NCBI GenBank assembly: GCA_963762255.1
Contig: CAVXKA010000001.1
Span: forward strand, 1,408,001 to 1,472,000
Reading direction: 5' to 3'
Source of the DNA: Candidatus Eiseniibacteriota bacterium
Lineage (GTDB): Bacteria > Eisenbacteria > RBG-16-71-46 > JABDJR01
DNA length: 64,000 nucleotides
The notes beneath the pieces are model-generated. The model ran no database searches. It saw only the letters and a program-made list of their open reading frames with translations, and was not told the DNA's origin. The position numbers and the translations under genes are program-made. Shown here one piece after another: positions 41,078-51,613 of this stretch. The first letter of the stretch is position 1. Each line of letters starts with the position of its first letter.

Positions 41078-44000
41078 ATGAACATCTCGCCGATCTCCCG
41101 CCAGGCTCTTGCCATGCTGGTCCTTGCCGGCGTCCTTGCCTCCGGCGCAGGCCCGCTCACCATCGTCGCCTCCGCGGCGGCATCCATTCCGTCGGCCCTC
41201 TCCGCAGACGTGCCCCGGCCCTGCTTCGTCCCGGCCCATCCCCTCAAGCAGGGGATCGCCCCGCGACCGGAAGCTCCCAGCTCCCCGCGGGCGGGCGAGA
41301 TCGCGCTCAAGGTGGGGGGCGCCTTCGAGCCCTATCACGACGCGCACTTGCGCGAGGGGATTGCGTCGGGTGCGGAGGACGTCACGCCGAGGCGCTGGCG
41401 CATCGCCGCGATTCTGGTCGACTTTGAGGAACAGGAGATGGGCGCTGGATTCGCCGCCGCCCGCGAGGACTCCATCCGGCTCTACTTCGATCGCGCGCTC
41501 ACGCACCTCGACCAGATGTACCGGTCGATGTCGGATGGGCTTCAAGAACTCACCTGGGATATCACGCCGTCGGTCTATCGCATGCCGCGATCCCTGGCCT
41601 ACTACGGCCTTGACGATTCGATCGCCACGCGCGAGGCCGACCTCTGCCGCGATGCGGTCCAAGCCGCCGACGCCGACGTGGATTTCGGCGACTACGATGT
41701 CTACATGGTCTTCCATGCCGGCCCGGGGCAAGAGGCCGACATCTTGAACGATTCGCAGGACCAGATCTGGTCGGTCTTCTTCCGCCAGGTCGACTTCGGG
41801 TTCTGGCTGAACGCACCGGACGCGGAGCGCGGCATCCGGACCGCGGATCTCACCGCGACCGGGGACACTGTCTTCGTGACCCACACCGTGGTGCTTCCGG
41901 AGACCGAAAGCCAGGATGGATACGAGTTCGGGCTGCTCGGCGTGGTCGCCCACGAGTTCGGCCATCGCTTCGGGCTTCCCGACCTCTACGACACGACCGG
42001 CCCCGCGGACTTCATCTACGCCGACAGCCAGGGGATCGGCACCTTCGGGCTCATGGGAGCGGGGATCTGGAACGACAACGGCTTCTTCCCCGCCGAGATG
42101 GAGGCGTGGAGCAAGTTCTACGTGGGGTGGTTGCGCCCGCGGGTAATTCGCCCCGAGGCCGGCGGGGGCGAGCAGATCGTCTCCCTGGAGGCGGCCGAGC
42201 TCGCGCGCCGGGAGGGCGCGGTGCGGATACCGATGGGAGGGGACGAGTACCTGCTCATCGAGAACCGCGTGCGCGATTACAACTACAACGGCATCGTCGA
42301 TTTCACGGACGCGGACGACGACTCCGTATTCGACTTCTGGACCGACGGATACGGAGCCACCGCCGACGGCGGCGACACCGAATTCGACTGGTATCTGCCG
42401 CAGCCGCTGGACCGACCCCGTAACCCGAAGAAGGACGGTTCCGGACTTCTGATCTGGCATGTCGACGAATCCACGATCAGCGACTTGCTCCTCTACAACA
42501 TGGTGAACGCGGACGCGCTTCACAAGGGCGTGGACCTCGAAGAGGCCGACGGCATCCAGGATCTGGACAAGCTCGTGTTCCAGTTCGAGGCGTTCGGCGA
42601 TTCGCGCGATTCCTACTGGGCCGGCAACGCTACCGAACTGACCCCCGCGAGCACACCGCCATCCGATGCCTACAGCGACGCTCGGACCGGGATCTGGATC
42701 ACCGACATCTCGGAGGCGGGGCGCACCATGAGCTTCCGCCTCCGCTTCACCTCGCCCGACGGGAACGCCGAAGGTGACTTCATCGACGGATGGCCGCGCG
42801 ATCTTCCCGGGCTCGTGCGTGACTTCCAGCCGGTGGCCGGCGATCTGAACGGCGACGGCCGGCTGGAGATCGTGTTGGCCGCCACGGACGAAGACGGCAT
42901 CGGAGGGCCGATCGTCCTCGACGCCGACGGGACGTCCTTCCTGCCCGCGGGGGACACGCCCCGTTACTTCAGTACCGGGCGGCTGCACGCCGAGCCGATC
43001 CTCGTGAACATGGACGGCCCCGAAGGGGAATCGGGCCTGGAGATGGTGTGGGTGAGCGGCGACACCGTGTACGCTGCGCGTGGCGACGGCACCTACCTGA
43101 CTGCGAGTGGTGGGGCGAGCCCCGGCCCGGCGCCGTTCTTCGTTCTGAACATGGAGCCCGGTCGCACGCATCTCGTGGCGGACGACATCGACGGTTTCGA
43201 CGGTCGCCCCGAATTGCTCCTGGGCATCCCGTCGCCGCTGCGCCTGAACGCCAACGACCTGATCGCAATCGCCTACAGACCCGGTCAAGGCACGCGCCTG
43301 CGCGTGCAGGCGACCCTGTTCGGCGAGGCCGATCTTCACTCCACCCTCGCCGATCTCGACACCGTGGACGCCGGCTTGAAGGAGACCATCACGAGCGTGC
43401 GGACACCGGACGGCGGGTGGCTGAGCGTGACGCTCCTTGGCGAGGAACTCGACGAGAGCGGGATGTATCCGGTCTGTTCGCTCAAGTACTCGCAGGGTGA
43501 CACGGTCGCGTTCACCGAACCGGTGACCGGCGATCTCAACGGCGACGGCCTCGACGAGATCGTCGTGGGGGACTCGCGAGGCTTCGTGCATGCGCTGACC
43601 GTTCGCTCCGTCACCATCGACGGCATCAGCAAGCTCTGCGAAGCGCGCAGCGCGGCGGGGACCACGGAGAACGACAACGACCTGTTCACCGAGCTGCCGG
43701 GGTGGCCGATCGAAATCGGGACGCTCGCCGACGATGAGTTGTCGCTGGCCGATTTCGACGGCGACGGCCACCTCGAGGTCTTGGCGTTCGGCCCGATCAA
43801 CCGTCTCTACGCGATCAACTACAACGGAACCTTCGACATGTCCTATCCGGTCCAACTGCCCGGAGAGGATCGGTTCACCGCGTCGTTCCTGTCTCCGTTG
43901 TTCTTCGATCTCCCGGGGCTGGTGCGGTCGGAGGGGTTCTTCGCGCTTCCCCTCCCGGACGGGCAGGTCCGTCTGCACGAATCCGGCGAGAGTCCCTATC

Positions 44001-44587
44001 GTGACGTGAGCTACCTTGGAGGCGGCACCCAACGGAGCTATCCGGTGCTTGCGGCCTTCGACCCGCAAGAGGGCCGTGGTCTCCTCACCGTCGAGGACGT
44101 GAACGTCAGTTTCCCGCCCATGATCGCGAGCGGCGATACGTCGCCGGGGATCACAAAGGTTGGACGGGCGATTCTGCGCTCGGTGGGTTCAGGCCCGTTC
44201 GCGCCCGGCGGCTGGCCGGTCTACCGCCATGATGCGGCCCGCACCGGCCGCGCTCTCGAACCGTCGAGCCCCGGACAGGAGCCCGCGAACGGGCTGCTCG
44301 CGGACACGTTTGTCATGCCCAACCCGGCCGCGAGCACCCAGCCCGGCTTCCACTACCGGGTGAGCTCGGACGTGAGGAGCGTGACCATCGAGGTGCACGA
44401 TCTCAACGGAAGGCTGGTGCGCACGATCGACGGCTCGGTGGACCTGCACACCGACAACATCGTGCGCTGGGATCTGCGCAACGATCACGGGCACGAGGTG
44501 GCCCCCGGGCTCTACGTGGCCAGGCTCAAGGCGGAGACGAGCTCGAAAGCGGGAAGCCGGGTCGTGACCTTTGTGGTGCTGCGATGA
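41078..44587 (+). CDS. M6-family (immune inhibitor A-like) metalloprotease with FG-GAP repeats and FlgD/T9SS-type C-terminal domain
   Basis: HEFGHRFGLPDLYD, EYLLIENR, GLLIWHVDE, GDLNGDG repeats and MPNP...PGLYVARL. Confidence 0.93.
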   Translation: MNISPISRQALAMLVLAGVLASGAGPLTIVASAAASIPSALSADVPRPCFVPAHPLKQGIAPRPEAPSSPRAGEIALKVGGAFEPYHDAHLREGIASGAEDVTPRRWRIAAILVDFEEQEMGAGFAAAREDSIRLYFDRALTHLDQMYRSMSDGLQELTWDITPSVYRMPRSLAYYGLDDSIATREADLCRDAVQAADADVDFGDYDVYMVFHAGPGQEADILNDSQDQIWSVFFRQVDFGFWLNAPDAERGIRTADLTATGDTVFVTHTVVLPETESQDGYEFGLLGVVAHEFGHRFGLPDLYDTTGPADFIYADSQGIGTFGLMGAGIWNDNGFFPAEMEAWSKFYVGWLRPRVIRPEAGGGEQIVSLEAAELARREGAVRIPMGGDEYLLIENRVRDYNYNGIVDFTDADDDSVFDFWTDGYGATADGGDTEFDWYLPQPLDRPRNPKKDGSGLLIWHVDESTISDLLLYNMVNADALHKGVDLEEADGIQDLDKLVFQFEAFGDSRDSYWAGNATELTPASTPPSDAYSDARTGIWITDISEAGRTMSFRLRFTSPDGNAEGDFIDGWPRDLPGLVRDFQPVAGDLNGDGRLEIVLAATDEDGIGGPIVLDADGTSFLPAGDTPRYFSTGRLHAEPILVNMDGPEGESGLEMVWVSGDTVYAARGDGTYLTASGGASPGPAPFFVLNMEPGRTHLVADDIDGFDGRPELLLGIPSPLRLNANDLIAIAYRPGQGTRLRVQATLFGEADLHSTLADLDTVDAGLKETITSVRTPDGGWLSVTLLGEELDESGMYPVCSLKYSQGDTVAFTEPVTGDLNGDGLDEIVVGDSRGFVHALTVRSVTIDGISKLCEARSAAGTTENDNDLFTELPGWPIEIGTLADDELSLADFDGDGHLEVLAFGPINRLYAINYNGTFDMSYPVQLPGEDRFTASFLSPLFFDLPGLVRSEGFFALPLPDGQVRLHESGESPYRDVSYLGGGTQRSYPVLAAFDPQEGRGLLTVEDVNVSFPPMIASGDTSPGITKVGRAILRSVGSGPFAPGGWPVYRHDAARTGRALEPSSPGQEPANGLLADTFVMPNPAASTQPGFHYRVSSDVRSVTIEVHDLNGRLVRTIDGSVDLHTDNIVRWDLRNDHGHEVAPGLYVARLKAETSSKAGSRVVTFVVLR

Positions 44588-44718
44588 GGGGGCCTGCAAC
44601 TAGAGGCCTTGCATCGGGCACCGAAGGGGCGCGGCCAAGAACGCCCCGATTAGGATAGAATGAGGCGCCGTCGCTCGCGGGGTATGCCCGCGGCGGGACG
44701 CCGCATGGGAGGTTCGGA

Positions 44719-45681
44719 ATGCGTCGACGCGATTGGTTCCCGGCTCTAGGCCTTCTGCTCGCCGCTGCGACTTTGTTTCCGGGTGCCGCGCGCGCCGCGG
44801 ATCCGGGTCTCACCGTGCTCAATTTCCTGGAGATTGGCGCGGGGGCGCGAGCGGCGGCTCTGGGCAACGCCTTCGTGGCGGTGGCCGACGACGCCAGCGC
44901 GACCTACTGGAATCCCGCCGGGCTCCTGGCGATCCGGCGCAACGACGTGCTCGGCACCCATAACGCCTGGATCCAGGATCTGCGCCACGAGTTCGCGGCT
45001 TTCGGCGCGCGTCGCGGGCGACACGCGATCGGGCTCTCCTTCATCGGCCTCTACACGGACGACATCGACGCGCGCAACGAAGTCGGGGACTACGTCGGCC
45101 AGTTCGGTTACTCCGACAACGCCTTCGCGGCTTCCTACGCGTTCCAGCTCAGCGACGCGTTGGGCCTGGGGGCAACGGCGCGCTACGTGCGCGAGTCGAT
45201 CATCGGTGTGCCGGAGATGGACACAGGGACGGAGATCCCGCCGGACAACGTGCTGAGCGGGTGGGCGTGGGATTTCGGGGGCACGTGGAAGACTCCAGCC
45301 CAGGGACTCACCGCGGGGGTGGCGCTCAGGAACCTGGGGGGGCAACTCTCTTACGATTTCAGTGGCGCGCAGAGTTTCGATCTGCCCAGTGCGATGCAGG
45401 CCGGCCTTGCGTTTCGCCGTCCCGATTTCCGCAACGGGGCTCTCACCCTGAGTGCGGATTTCCTGGCCGCGAGGGGCGCCGACGCGTCCATCCGTATGGG
45501 CGCCGAGTACGCCTACCGCGGGCAGTTCCTGGTCGGCGCGGGCTACAAGACCGGCCTCGAGAACGAGAACGTGAGCTTCGGAATCGGCTACGAGAAGGGC
45601 GTCCGCGTGAACTATGCGTTCACACCGCTCTACAGCGATCTCGGCAATAGCCACCGCATCTCGCTCGGTTACGCCTGGTAG
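44719..45681 (+). CDS. PorV/PorQ-family outer-membrane protein
   Basis: FLEIGAGARAAALG, DDASATYWNPAGL and a C-terminal HRISLGYAW. Confidence 0.9.
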   Translation: MRRRDWFPALGLLLAAATLFPGAARAADPGLTVLNFLEIGAGARAAALGNAFVAVADDASATYWNPAGLLAIRRNDVLGTHNAWIQDLRHEFAAFGARRGRHAIGLSFIGLYTDDIDARNEVGDYVGQFGYSDNAFAASYAFQLSDALGLGATARYVRESIIGVPEMDTGTEIPPDNVLSGWAWDFGGTWKTPAQGLTAGVALRNLGGQLSYDFSGAQSFDLPSAMQAGLAFRRPDFRNGALTLSADFLAARGADASIRMGAEYAYRGQFLVGAGYKTGLENENVSFGIGYEKGVRVNYAFTPLYSDLGNSHRISLGYAW

Positions 45682-45700
45682 GCGAAGGGGCGCGCTCCCC

Positions 45701-48700
45701 GTGCGCGGGCTCGCCCCCATCGTGCTCCTCGCCGCGCTAGCCGCGGTCTTCGTCGGCGGCGGCGGGAATGCTTCGACGCCGCCGGAAGCTCTTGTGGCCC
45801 CCTCCGAAGTCCTCGTGTTGATGCGCGCCGCCGGCGAGGTGCCCGGTGTGTCCGGGTCGGCGGGCGAACCGGGCGGCGAGGGCGAGATCCTCGATCGTGC
45901 CCGGCGCGTCGGCGTGCGGGTGCGGGAGCTGCGACCCCTGGTCCCGGCGGGCGCGACCCGGCGGGCCGGTGACGGGAAAGACGTCCTATCCGCGCGGGCG
46001 TGGGTTCTGCGCTACGAAGGGAGCGAGGCTCCGTCGAAGGTCGCGGCGCGACTCATCGAAGACGCCTCGGTGGAGTACGCCGGGCCGAACCACCTGATCC
46101 CGATCGAGGCGGCCGGGCCGCCGGCCCGCGCGCTCGCTCGCGCCGCCGCGCCGCCTGCTCACGCGACGGATGCACCCGACGATCCGCTCTACGATGAGCA
46201 GATCGCGCTCGCCGCGCTCAACGTCCCGCAAGCCTGGTTGCGCACACGCGGCGCGGGAATCCTGATCGCGATCATCGACACCGGCGTGGAGCTGGATCAC
46301 CCCGACCTCGTCGAGCGCATCGCGGTCAACGCGGCCGAGCGTGACGGCCTCCCCGGTGTGGACGACGACGGCAACGGCTATGCCGATGACGTGTGGGGCT
46401 ATGACTTCACCGATGCCCCCGGCCTCCCCGGCATCGGCGATTACCTCGGCCGCGACGCGGATCCAACCGATGACTTCGGCCACGGGACACAGGTGGCGGG
46501 GGCGGCCGCCGCCACCCGCAACAACGGAATCGGCATCGCCGGCGTCGCGCCGGAATCGAGCATTCTTGCCCTGAGAGCCGGACTGCGCACCTCGTTGCCG
46601 TTCCTTCCCGCGCTCTTGCAAGAGGACGATGCCGCGGCGGCGATCCTCTATGCCGCCGACCGAGGTGCGAACATCCTCAACCTCTCCTGGGGCGACGTCG
46701 TCGAGGCCCCGATCGTCGGCGAGGCGATCCGCTACGCGCGCGCGCGCGGGTGCCTCGTGGTGGCCGGCGCCGGAAACACGCCCGCCGACACGAGCTTCTA
46801 TCCCGCCGCGTATCCGGGCGTCGTTTCGGTGGGAGCGACCGACGGGAGCGGCATGCGCGCAGGATTCTCGACCTTCGGTCAGGATCTCGACGTCGTCGCG
46901 CCCGGCACCGGCGTCTACGTGACCACGCTGGGGGGCGGCTACGGTACCGCCGGCGGCACGTCGTTCAGCGCGCCGCTCACCGCCGGGACGGCGGCCCTGG
47001 TGTGGAGCGTGTTCCCGTCGTGGACGGCGGATCAGGTGGCGTGGCGGCTGCGAATGAGCGCCGGTAGTGCCCGCGAAGGATGGAACGGCGATCTCGGGTG
47101 GGGGTTGGTGGATGCGGCTCGGGCCGTCGCCGAGGGCCCGCTTCCGCCGGTAGCGCAGATCGAGAGCGTGCGGCTCGCGGGCGCGCCGGGTGCGTCCGAC
47201 GGCGCGGATGGCGGGACCGGCGGCGTGCGCGTCTTCACCGGCACGGTGGCGAGCGCCGGGTTATGGGATTGGACGTTGTCGGTTGTGCCGTGGGCCGGCG
47301 CGACGTGGGGATCGAGCGCATTCGCCGCCGAGCTTCCCGGTGAACGCGTGCTCGCACGCGGCGTGCGGTCTCAAGCCGTGGCGGAGAGCCTCGGTGCGTT
47401 CATGCCCGAGCCGGGCGACAGCGGGCAGTGGATCGCGCGGCTGCGCGCGCGCCCCAGTGGATTCCCGCCGATCGAAGAGCGCACGCGGTTCACGGTGACG
47501 CCGTCGGTGCTGGATGTGGCGGACGCACATGTCGAGGCGCAGGCGGCGGGGGACCACTGGGAGATCGTGGCGTGGTGGCGATCGCGGACGCCGTATCGAG
47601 GCTCCGCGAGCACGACGCTGTCGGGGGTGGCCGAGGCTGAGGAGACAAGCGTGTCCACGAGCCATGTCGTGCGCATGCACGGCCCGGTGCCCGCGGGCGC
47701 GGTCACGGTGCGGCTGGGTGGGCGCGCGGAGGGGGAGAGCGCGGTGCGGGGTCTGGGGGAACTGACGGTCGCTGTTCCGGCCCGGTCGACCGGGGGCGTG
47801 CTGGAACCCTACCCCGACGCCCCTGCGGGAACCCCGATGCCGCGCGCCGTGAATTGGAGGGGCATCGGCGACCGTGACCTCTTCATGGAATCTCCTCCCG
47901 TCGGGGAAACCTACGGCGTCGTGAAGTGGCTCACGCTTCAGGTGCGAGGCATGGCACCGCTGGAGCGCGCTTCTTCCGCGGGCCTCTTCACCGGAATCCC
48001 GGTGGATGCCGCCGATGCGGACGGCGACGGGTCGGGCGAGTTGGTCGTCTTCAGGTTGGACGGATGGAGCGTGTGGGAAGCGGATGCCTGGAACGAGTTC
48101 CCGATTCGCCGCGTGCACATGCAGCCCGCCGACTCCAGCGTGCCGGTGCGATTCGTTTCGACGAACGGTGGCGTGCGGTTGCTGGTCGTGTCGGGAAGCG
48201 GCGTGCGCATCTATCGCGCCGGCGAGACCGGATACGAGCTTGCCGGCGAGGCGGACGGCAGCGGGGGCGCGTTGAAGCTGCCGGGAGAGGTGGCGGACAT
48301 CGACGGGGACGGCGCCCCCGAGGCGGTCTTCGCCGACGAGTGGGGCGATCTGGTCGTGTTCCGCATCGGCGCGTCGAGCGTGGAGACACTTGCCATACAG
48401 GCGATGGAGCACCCGCAGAGCGGCAAGTTCCTGAAGATCACCGGCACCGCGCCCGCGGAGGTGTTGGCGGTTTCGCTGGAGGCGTCCGGCTCGGGAGCGG
48501 ATCTGGAGTTCGCGCGTGCGGCCGTGCGGGTGTCGCGCCTGGCATGGCAGGGGGGCGGTTTCGAGGAACTGAGCCACGTCGTTGTTGCCGGGCTAAGCGC
48601 GGAGCGGGACGTGCAGCTTCTCGGCGTAGAGCCCTGGAGTGCCTTCCTTAGGCGCGGGCGTCACCTGGATGCCCTCTTTGTTCGAGACAGCCTGGAGTGG

Positions 48701-49915
48701 GCGGGGGAGTCCGATATCTCGTCGCTGGCACGCGTCGATGGCGCGGTGTGCTATGGCGCCTCAGGATTCAACGTCATCTGGATGGGTGGGGCCGCGGACG
48801 CACGGGGCGAAGAGCGAGTCACCACCGGGTTTCTCACGGCACCGCGAACCGGCTTGCGCCCGCCTCGCGTGGAGTCGGCGAGCCGGATCCCCGAGGGGCA
48901 GAGGCTCGTCTTCGCCTGGGAGGGCGAGGGGTGCGACGCCTTGACGATGACCATGACGCGGGCCGGGGCGCCGCCTCGAAGCGTGAGCGTCGAGGGGCTT
49001 CACGCGGTGGACACGCTCGCGCTCGGCGTGACCGCGACCTATGAGGTGAGGAGCACCGACTGCGTCTGGCCCTCGCTCACCGTCACCGCGCTCGAGCCGT
49101 CGTCGCCACCCGCGCTCGCGTGGGACGGGCCGGCGCGCATCCTGGCTTCGTTCGCGAGGCCGCTCGGTGGGGCCCCGCACGATGTGCGGCTGCGCGGTGA
49201 CGCAGGGGACATCCTTCCATCGGTGGTCCAACTCGATCGCTCGGGGACGAGGCTCGTGGTTTCGCTGGCCGAGGGCGTCGTGCCCGATTCGCTCTTCCTG
49301 ACGGGAGCTGTGGACACGGCCGGCCTGCCCGTGGGGGGGACATGGGATCTGGCGATGGCGCTGCCCGATTCGCCCGTGGACTCGACGGTGACGCTCGCCG
49401 AGGTGCGCTACTTGAGGGACGGATCGGGGGCGCGCATCGTGGCCTCGGTGCGTGGCCCCCTTGCCATGAGAGGGCCCTTTGTCACGAGCTGCTCGAGGCC
49501 GTTCCACCTGGAGCCGAAGGGGCATGAGTGGGTTCGGATGAGCGTGCCGGACTCCGGCGAGGTGACCTTCTTCCTGGTTCGACCCCTCCCCGCCGGAACC
49601 TACACGCTCAGCCTCGATCTCGATTGCCTGCCCGCCGGGGTCTCCCCGCTCGGGCTGTCCCGGAGCTTCCGGGTCGGTGCCCTGGTCTTCCCCAACCCGC
49701 TTCGTCTTGGAGAGCCCCTTATCCTGGAGAACGTCTCGCCGGGCTCCGAGGTCAAGATCCTGGACGTGGCCGGGCGAGTACGAGCCTCCTGGCGGGCGAC
49801 CGGGGATCACGATCAGCGCACCCTGGGCGATCTGGCCCCTGGACTCTATTTCATTCGTCTGCAAGAGATAATAGGTGGAAGCGCGACCACCCGAAAGCTG
49901 GTCGTGCTGAGGTGA
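45701..49915 (+). CDS. S8 subtilisin-like protease with T9SS-type C-terminal domain
   Basis: Catalytic triad IIDTG, HGTQVAG and GTSFSAP; C-terminal FPNP...ILDVAGR...PGLYFIR...KLVVLR. Confidence 0.93.
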   Translation: MRGLAPIVLLAALAAVFVGGGGNASTPPEALVAPSEVLVLMRAAGEVPGVSGSAGEPGGEGEILDRARRVGVRVRELRPLVPAGATRRAGDGKDVLSARAWVLRYEGSEAPSKVAARLIEDASVEYAGPNHLIPIEAAGPPARALARAAAPPAHATDAPDDPLYDEQIALAALNVPQAWLRTRGAGILIAIIDTGVELDHPDLVERIAVNAAERDGLPGVDDDGNGYADDVWGYDFTDAPGLPGIGDYLGRDADPTDDFGHGTQVAGAAAATRNNGIGIAGVAPESSILALRAGLRTSLPFLPALLQEDDAAAAILYAADRGANILNLSWGDVVEAPIVGEAIRYARARGCLVVAGAGNTPADTSFYPAAYPGVVSVGATDGSGMRAGFSTFGQDLDVVAPGTGVYVTTLGGGYGTAGGTSFSAPLTAGTAALVWSVFPSWTADQVAWRLRMSAGSAREGWNGDLGWGLVDAARAVAEGPLPPVAQIESVRLAGAPGASDGADGGTGGVRVFTGTVASAGLWDWTLSVVPWAGATWGSSAFAAELPGERVLARGVRSQAVAESLGAFMPEPGDSGQWIARLRARPSGFPPIEERTRFTVTPSVLDVADAHVEAQAAGDHWEIVAWWRSRTPYRGSASTTLSGVAEAEETSVSTSHVVRMHGPVPAGAVTVRLGGRAEGESAVRGLGELTVAVPARSTGGVLEPYPDAPAGTPMPRAVNWRGIGDRDLFMESPPVGETYGVVKWLTLQVRGMAPLERASSAGLFTGIPVDAADADGDGSGELVVFRLDGWSVWEADAWNEFPIRRVHMQPADSSVPVRFVSTNGGVRLLVVSGSGVRIYRAGETGYELAGEADGSGGALKLPGEVADIDGDGAPEAVFADEWGDLVVFRIGASSVETLAIQAMEHPQSGKFLKITGTAPAEVLAVSLEASGSGADLEFARAAVRVSRLAWQGGGFEELSHVVVAGLSAERDVQLLGVEPWSAFLRRGRHLDALFVRDSLEWAGESDISSLARVDGAVCYGASGFNVIWMGGAADARGEERVTTGFLTAPRTGLRPPRVESASRIPEGQRLVFAWEGEGCDALTMTMTRAGAPPRSVSVEGLHAVDTLALGVTATYEVRSTDCVWPSLTVTALEPSSPPALAWDGPARILASFARPLGGAPHDVRLRGDAGDILPSVVQLDRSGTRLVVSLAEGVVPDSLFLTGAVDTAGLPVGGTWDLAMALPDSPVDSTVTLAEVRYLRDGSGARIVASVRGPLAMRGPFVTSCSRPFHLEPKGHEWVRMSVPDSGEVTFFLVRPLPAGTYTLSLDLDCLPAGVSPLGLSRSFRVGALVFPNPLRLGEPLILENVSPGSEVKILDVAGRVRASWRATGDHDQRTLGDLAPGLYFIRLQEIIGGSATTRKLVVLR

Positions 49916-50066
49916 TCGACTGGTAACATTCATTCATGTACATTAGTGGTTGTAGCATAACATGCATGAATGATCATCCGATGCGGGGCGTCGCCCTCTC
50001 TGGGCGCTTTCAAGGTGGTTCATCCCAGCGCGCGCGGGGACAACGGTCACCGCTCCTCGCAGTTCG

Positions 50067-50366
50067 CTACCGCAACTTGGATTCCTGGGTCAATTGATAG
50101 AACGCATCCCCGCCAACCAGAAGAAGGGGAAGCACGACGTAGTCACCGGGCAGGTCCTGAGCCTTCGCGTAAGCGCGACCCGCCGCAGACGCAAAACGGG
50201 AAAGCTCCAACCGAGAGCCTTGGATCACGAGGATGTTCGGCACGTGGACTTCGGCGCTGTCCACACGCGCCACGAACCATGAGGGGTCATCGTCGGCCTG
50301 TGCCAGAGCGGGGAAACTCAAGAGAATGAGGAGTGCGCAGAGGCCGAGTGCTAACAGTGTTCGCAT
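50067..50366 (-). CDS. Small secreted hypothetical protein
   Basis: GAGG RBS; signal peptide MRTLLALGLCALLILLSFPALA. Confidence 0.6.
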   Translation of the reverse strand: MRTLLALGLCALLILLSFPALAQADDDPSWFVARVDSAEVHVPNILVIQGSRLELSRFASAAGRAYAKAQDLPGDYVVLPLLLVGGDAFYQLTQESKLR

Positions 50367-50375
50367 GGCAGCACC

Positions 50376-51161
50376 TCAACCCACCAGCGGCCAGGTGAGC
50401 AACTCGAACGCTCCGCCCCGCAGCCTTGCGCAGGTGTAGTGCTGGAACCAGTCGCCGAGGATCAGGAACTCTCCTTCGGGACGTTGCCAGTGGATCGGCA
50501 CATGATGGTGGCCCATCAGCACCGCCTCGGCGCCCTGGCGCAGAGCCGGAATCGCGACGTGGGTGAAGAGCCCCTCGACATCGATCTCGCGGTTTCCGGT
50601 GTGGTGACGGCTCACGCCGGAGGTGCGCAGAGCGAAGGGGATGCCGAGGTCGGGGTGAACCCACCGGTAGAGACGAGTCGCCAGGGGATTGCGGAGTATC
50701 CGCTTCAGCACCTTGTATCCGGTGTCACCCGGGCCGAGTCCGTCCCCGTGGTAGAGGCGAAGCCGGCGACCCTGGGTCTCGACCCCCACGCCGTCCGCGA
50801 GCACCTCGATGTGGGTTTCCCGCCGAAGGAAGTCGCACAGCCAGTAGTCGTGGTTCCCGCCGAGGTAGCGGACGGGCAACCCGGCTCCGGCAAGCCGGTC
50901 CAGGCGGGCCAGCGCCGAGAAAGCGGTACGCGGGATGACCGTGCGGTACTCGAACCAGAAGTCGAAGAGATCGCCGAGGACGAAGAGAGCGGCCTCGTCG
51001 CGTTCCACCCGATCGAGGAGCGAGCCGAGTCGCTCGCGTTTGACCGACTCAGCCGCAGCGTCGCCCCCGCCCAGGTGCACGTCGCTCAGGAAATAGGCGA
51101 CAGGCCGGGGCTCGACGAGAGAGGCGGTGAAGGGGTTGGACGGGGGTTTGCGCGCATCCAC
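50376..51161 (-). CDS. lpxH: UDP-2,3-diacylglucosamine hydrolase
   Basis: SDVHLG, GDLFDFWFE, GNHD, HGDG, GHHH and LGDW. Confidence 0.88.
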   Translation of the reverse strand: MDARKPPSNPFTASLVEPRPVAYFLSDVHLGGGDAAAESVKRERLGSLLDRVERDEAALFVLGDLFDFWFEYRTVIPRTAFSALARLDRLAGAGLPVRYLGGNHDYWLCDFLRRETHIEVLADGVGVETQGRRLRLYHGDGLGPGDTGYKVLKRILRNPLATRLYRWVHPDLGIPFALRTSGVSRHHTGNREIDVEGLFTHVAIPALRQGAEAVLMGHHHVPIHWQRPEGEFLILGDWFQHYTCARLRGGAFELLTWPLVG

Positions 51162-51205
51162 GCGCCGAGGCTATCACGTCGCCGCGCGGACGGCAGGAAG
51201 ATTTG

Positions 51206-51231
51206 TGGAACGCTTTGGAAAGCGGCCCGTA
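51206..51231 (+). promoter_or_regulatory. ECF (SigW-type) promoter upstream of the htrA operon
   Basis: TGGAAC-N16-CGTA. Confidence 0.55.
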
Positions 51232-51283
51232 TGATTGAGGCGCGCCGCATCGACCGCGGCGGCGGACAGGGAAGGATGCCGCG

Positions 51284-51613
51284 ATGAACGACCTTTGGGA
51301 ACGCGTGAAAAAGACCGCCACCGAAATCTACGCGACCGCCTCCGAGCGGACCGTGGAGGGTGTCAATGTCGGGGTCAAGCGCCTGGACCTCGCCGCCATC
51401 CGGCGCGATCTGAGCCGCGAGTTCGCGGGCTTGGGCGGGCGGACGTACCAGCTTCTGCAGAAGAACGAGGGGGATTCGATCCCGAGCGACCCCGTCGTGC
51501 TGCGCCATCTGGTGCGGCTTCGGGAGCTGGAGGAAAGGCTCGAGGAACGAGAGCGGGAGATTCATTCGATCCGCCAGGAAGGACCCACCGGAGGTGAGCG
51601 TGCGCGATCTTAG
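51284..51613 (+). CDS. Small coiled-coil hypothetical protein
   Basis: Amphipathic helical ORF with AGGA upstream; overlaps the htrA start. Confidence 0.7.
   Translation: MNDLWERVKKTATEIYATASERTVEGVNVGVKRLDLAAIRRDLSREFAGLGGRTYQLLQKNEGDSIPSDPVVLRHLVRLRELEERLEEREREIHSIRQEGPTGGERARS

Noticed and set aside
40778-44068. 1096-aa minus-strand ORF, and similar long antisense ORFs at 27476, 28963, 33746, 58550 and 60635
   Set aside because: Shadow ORFs opposite well-supported genes, expected from high-GC codon bias; no motifs.
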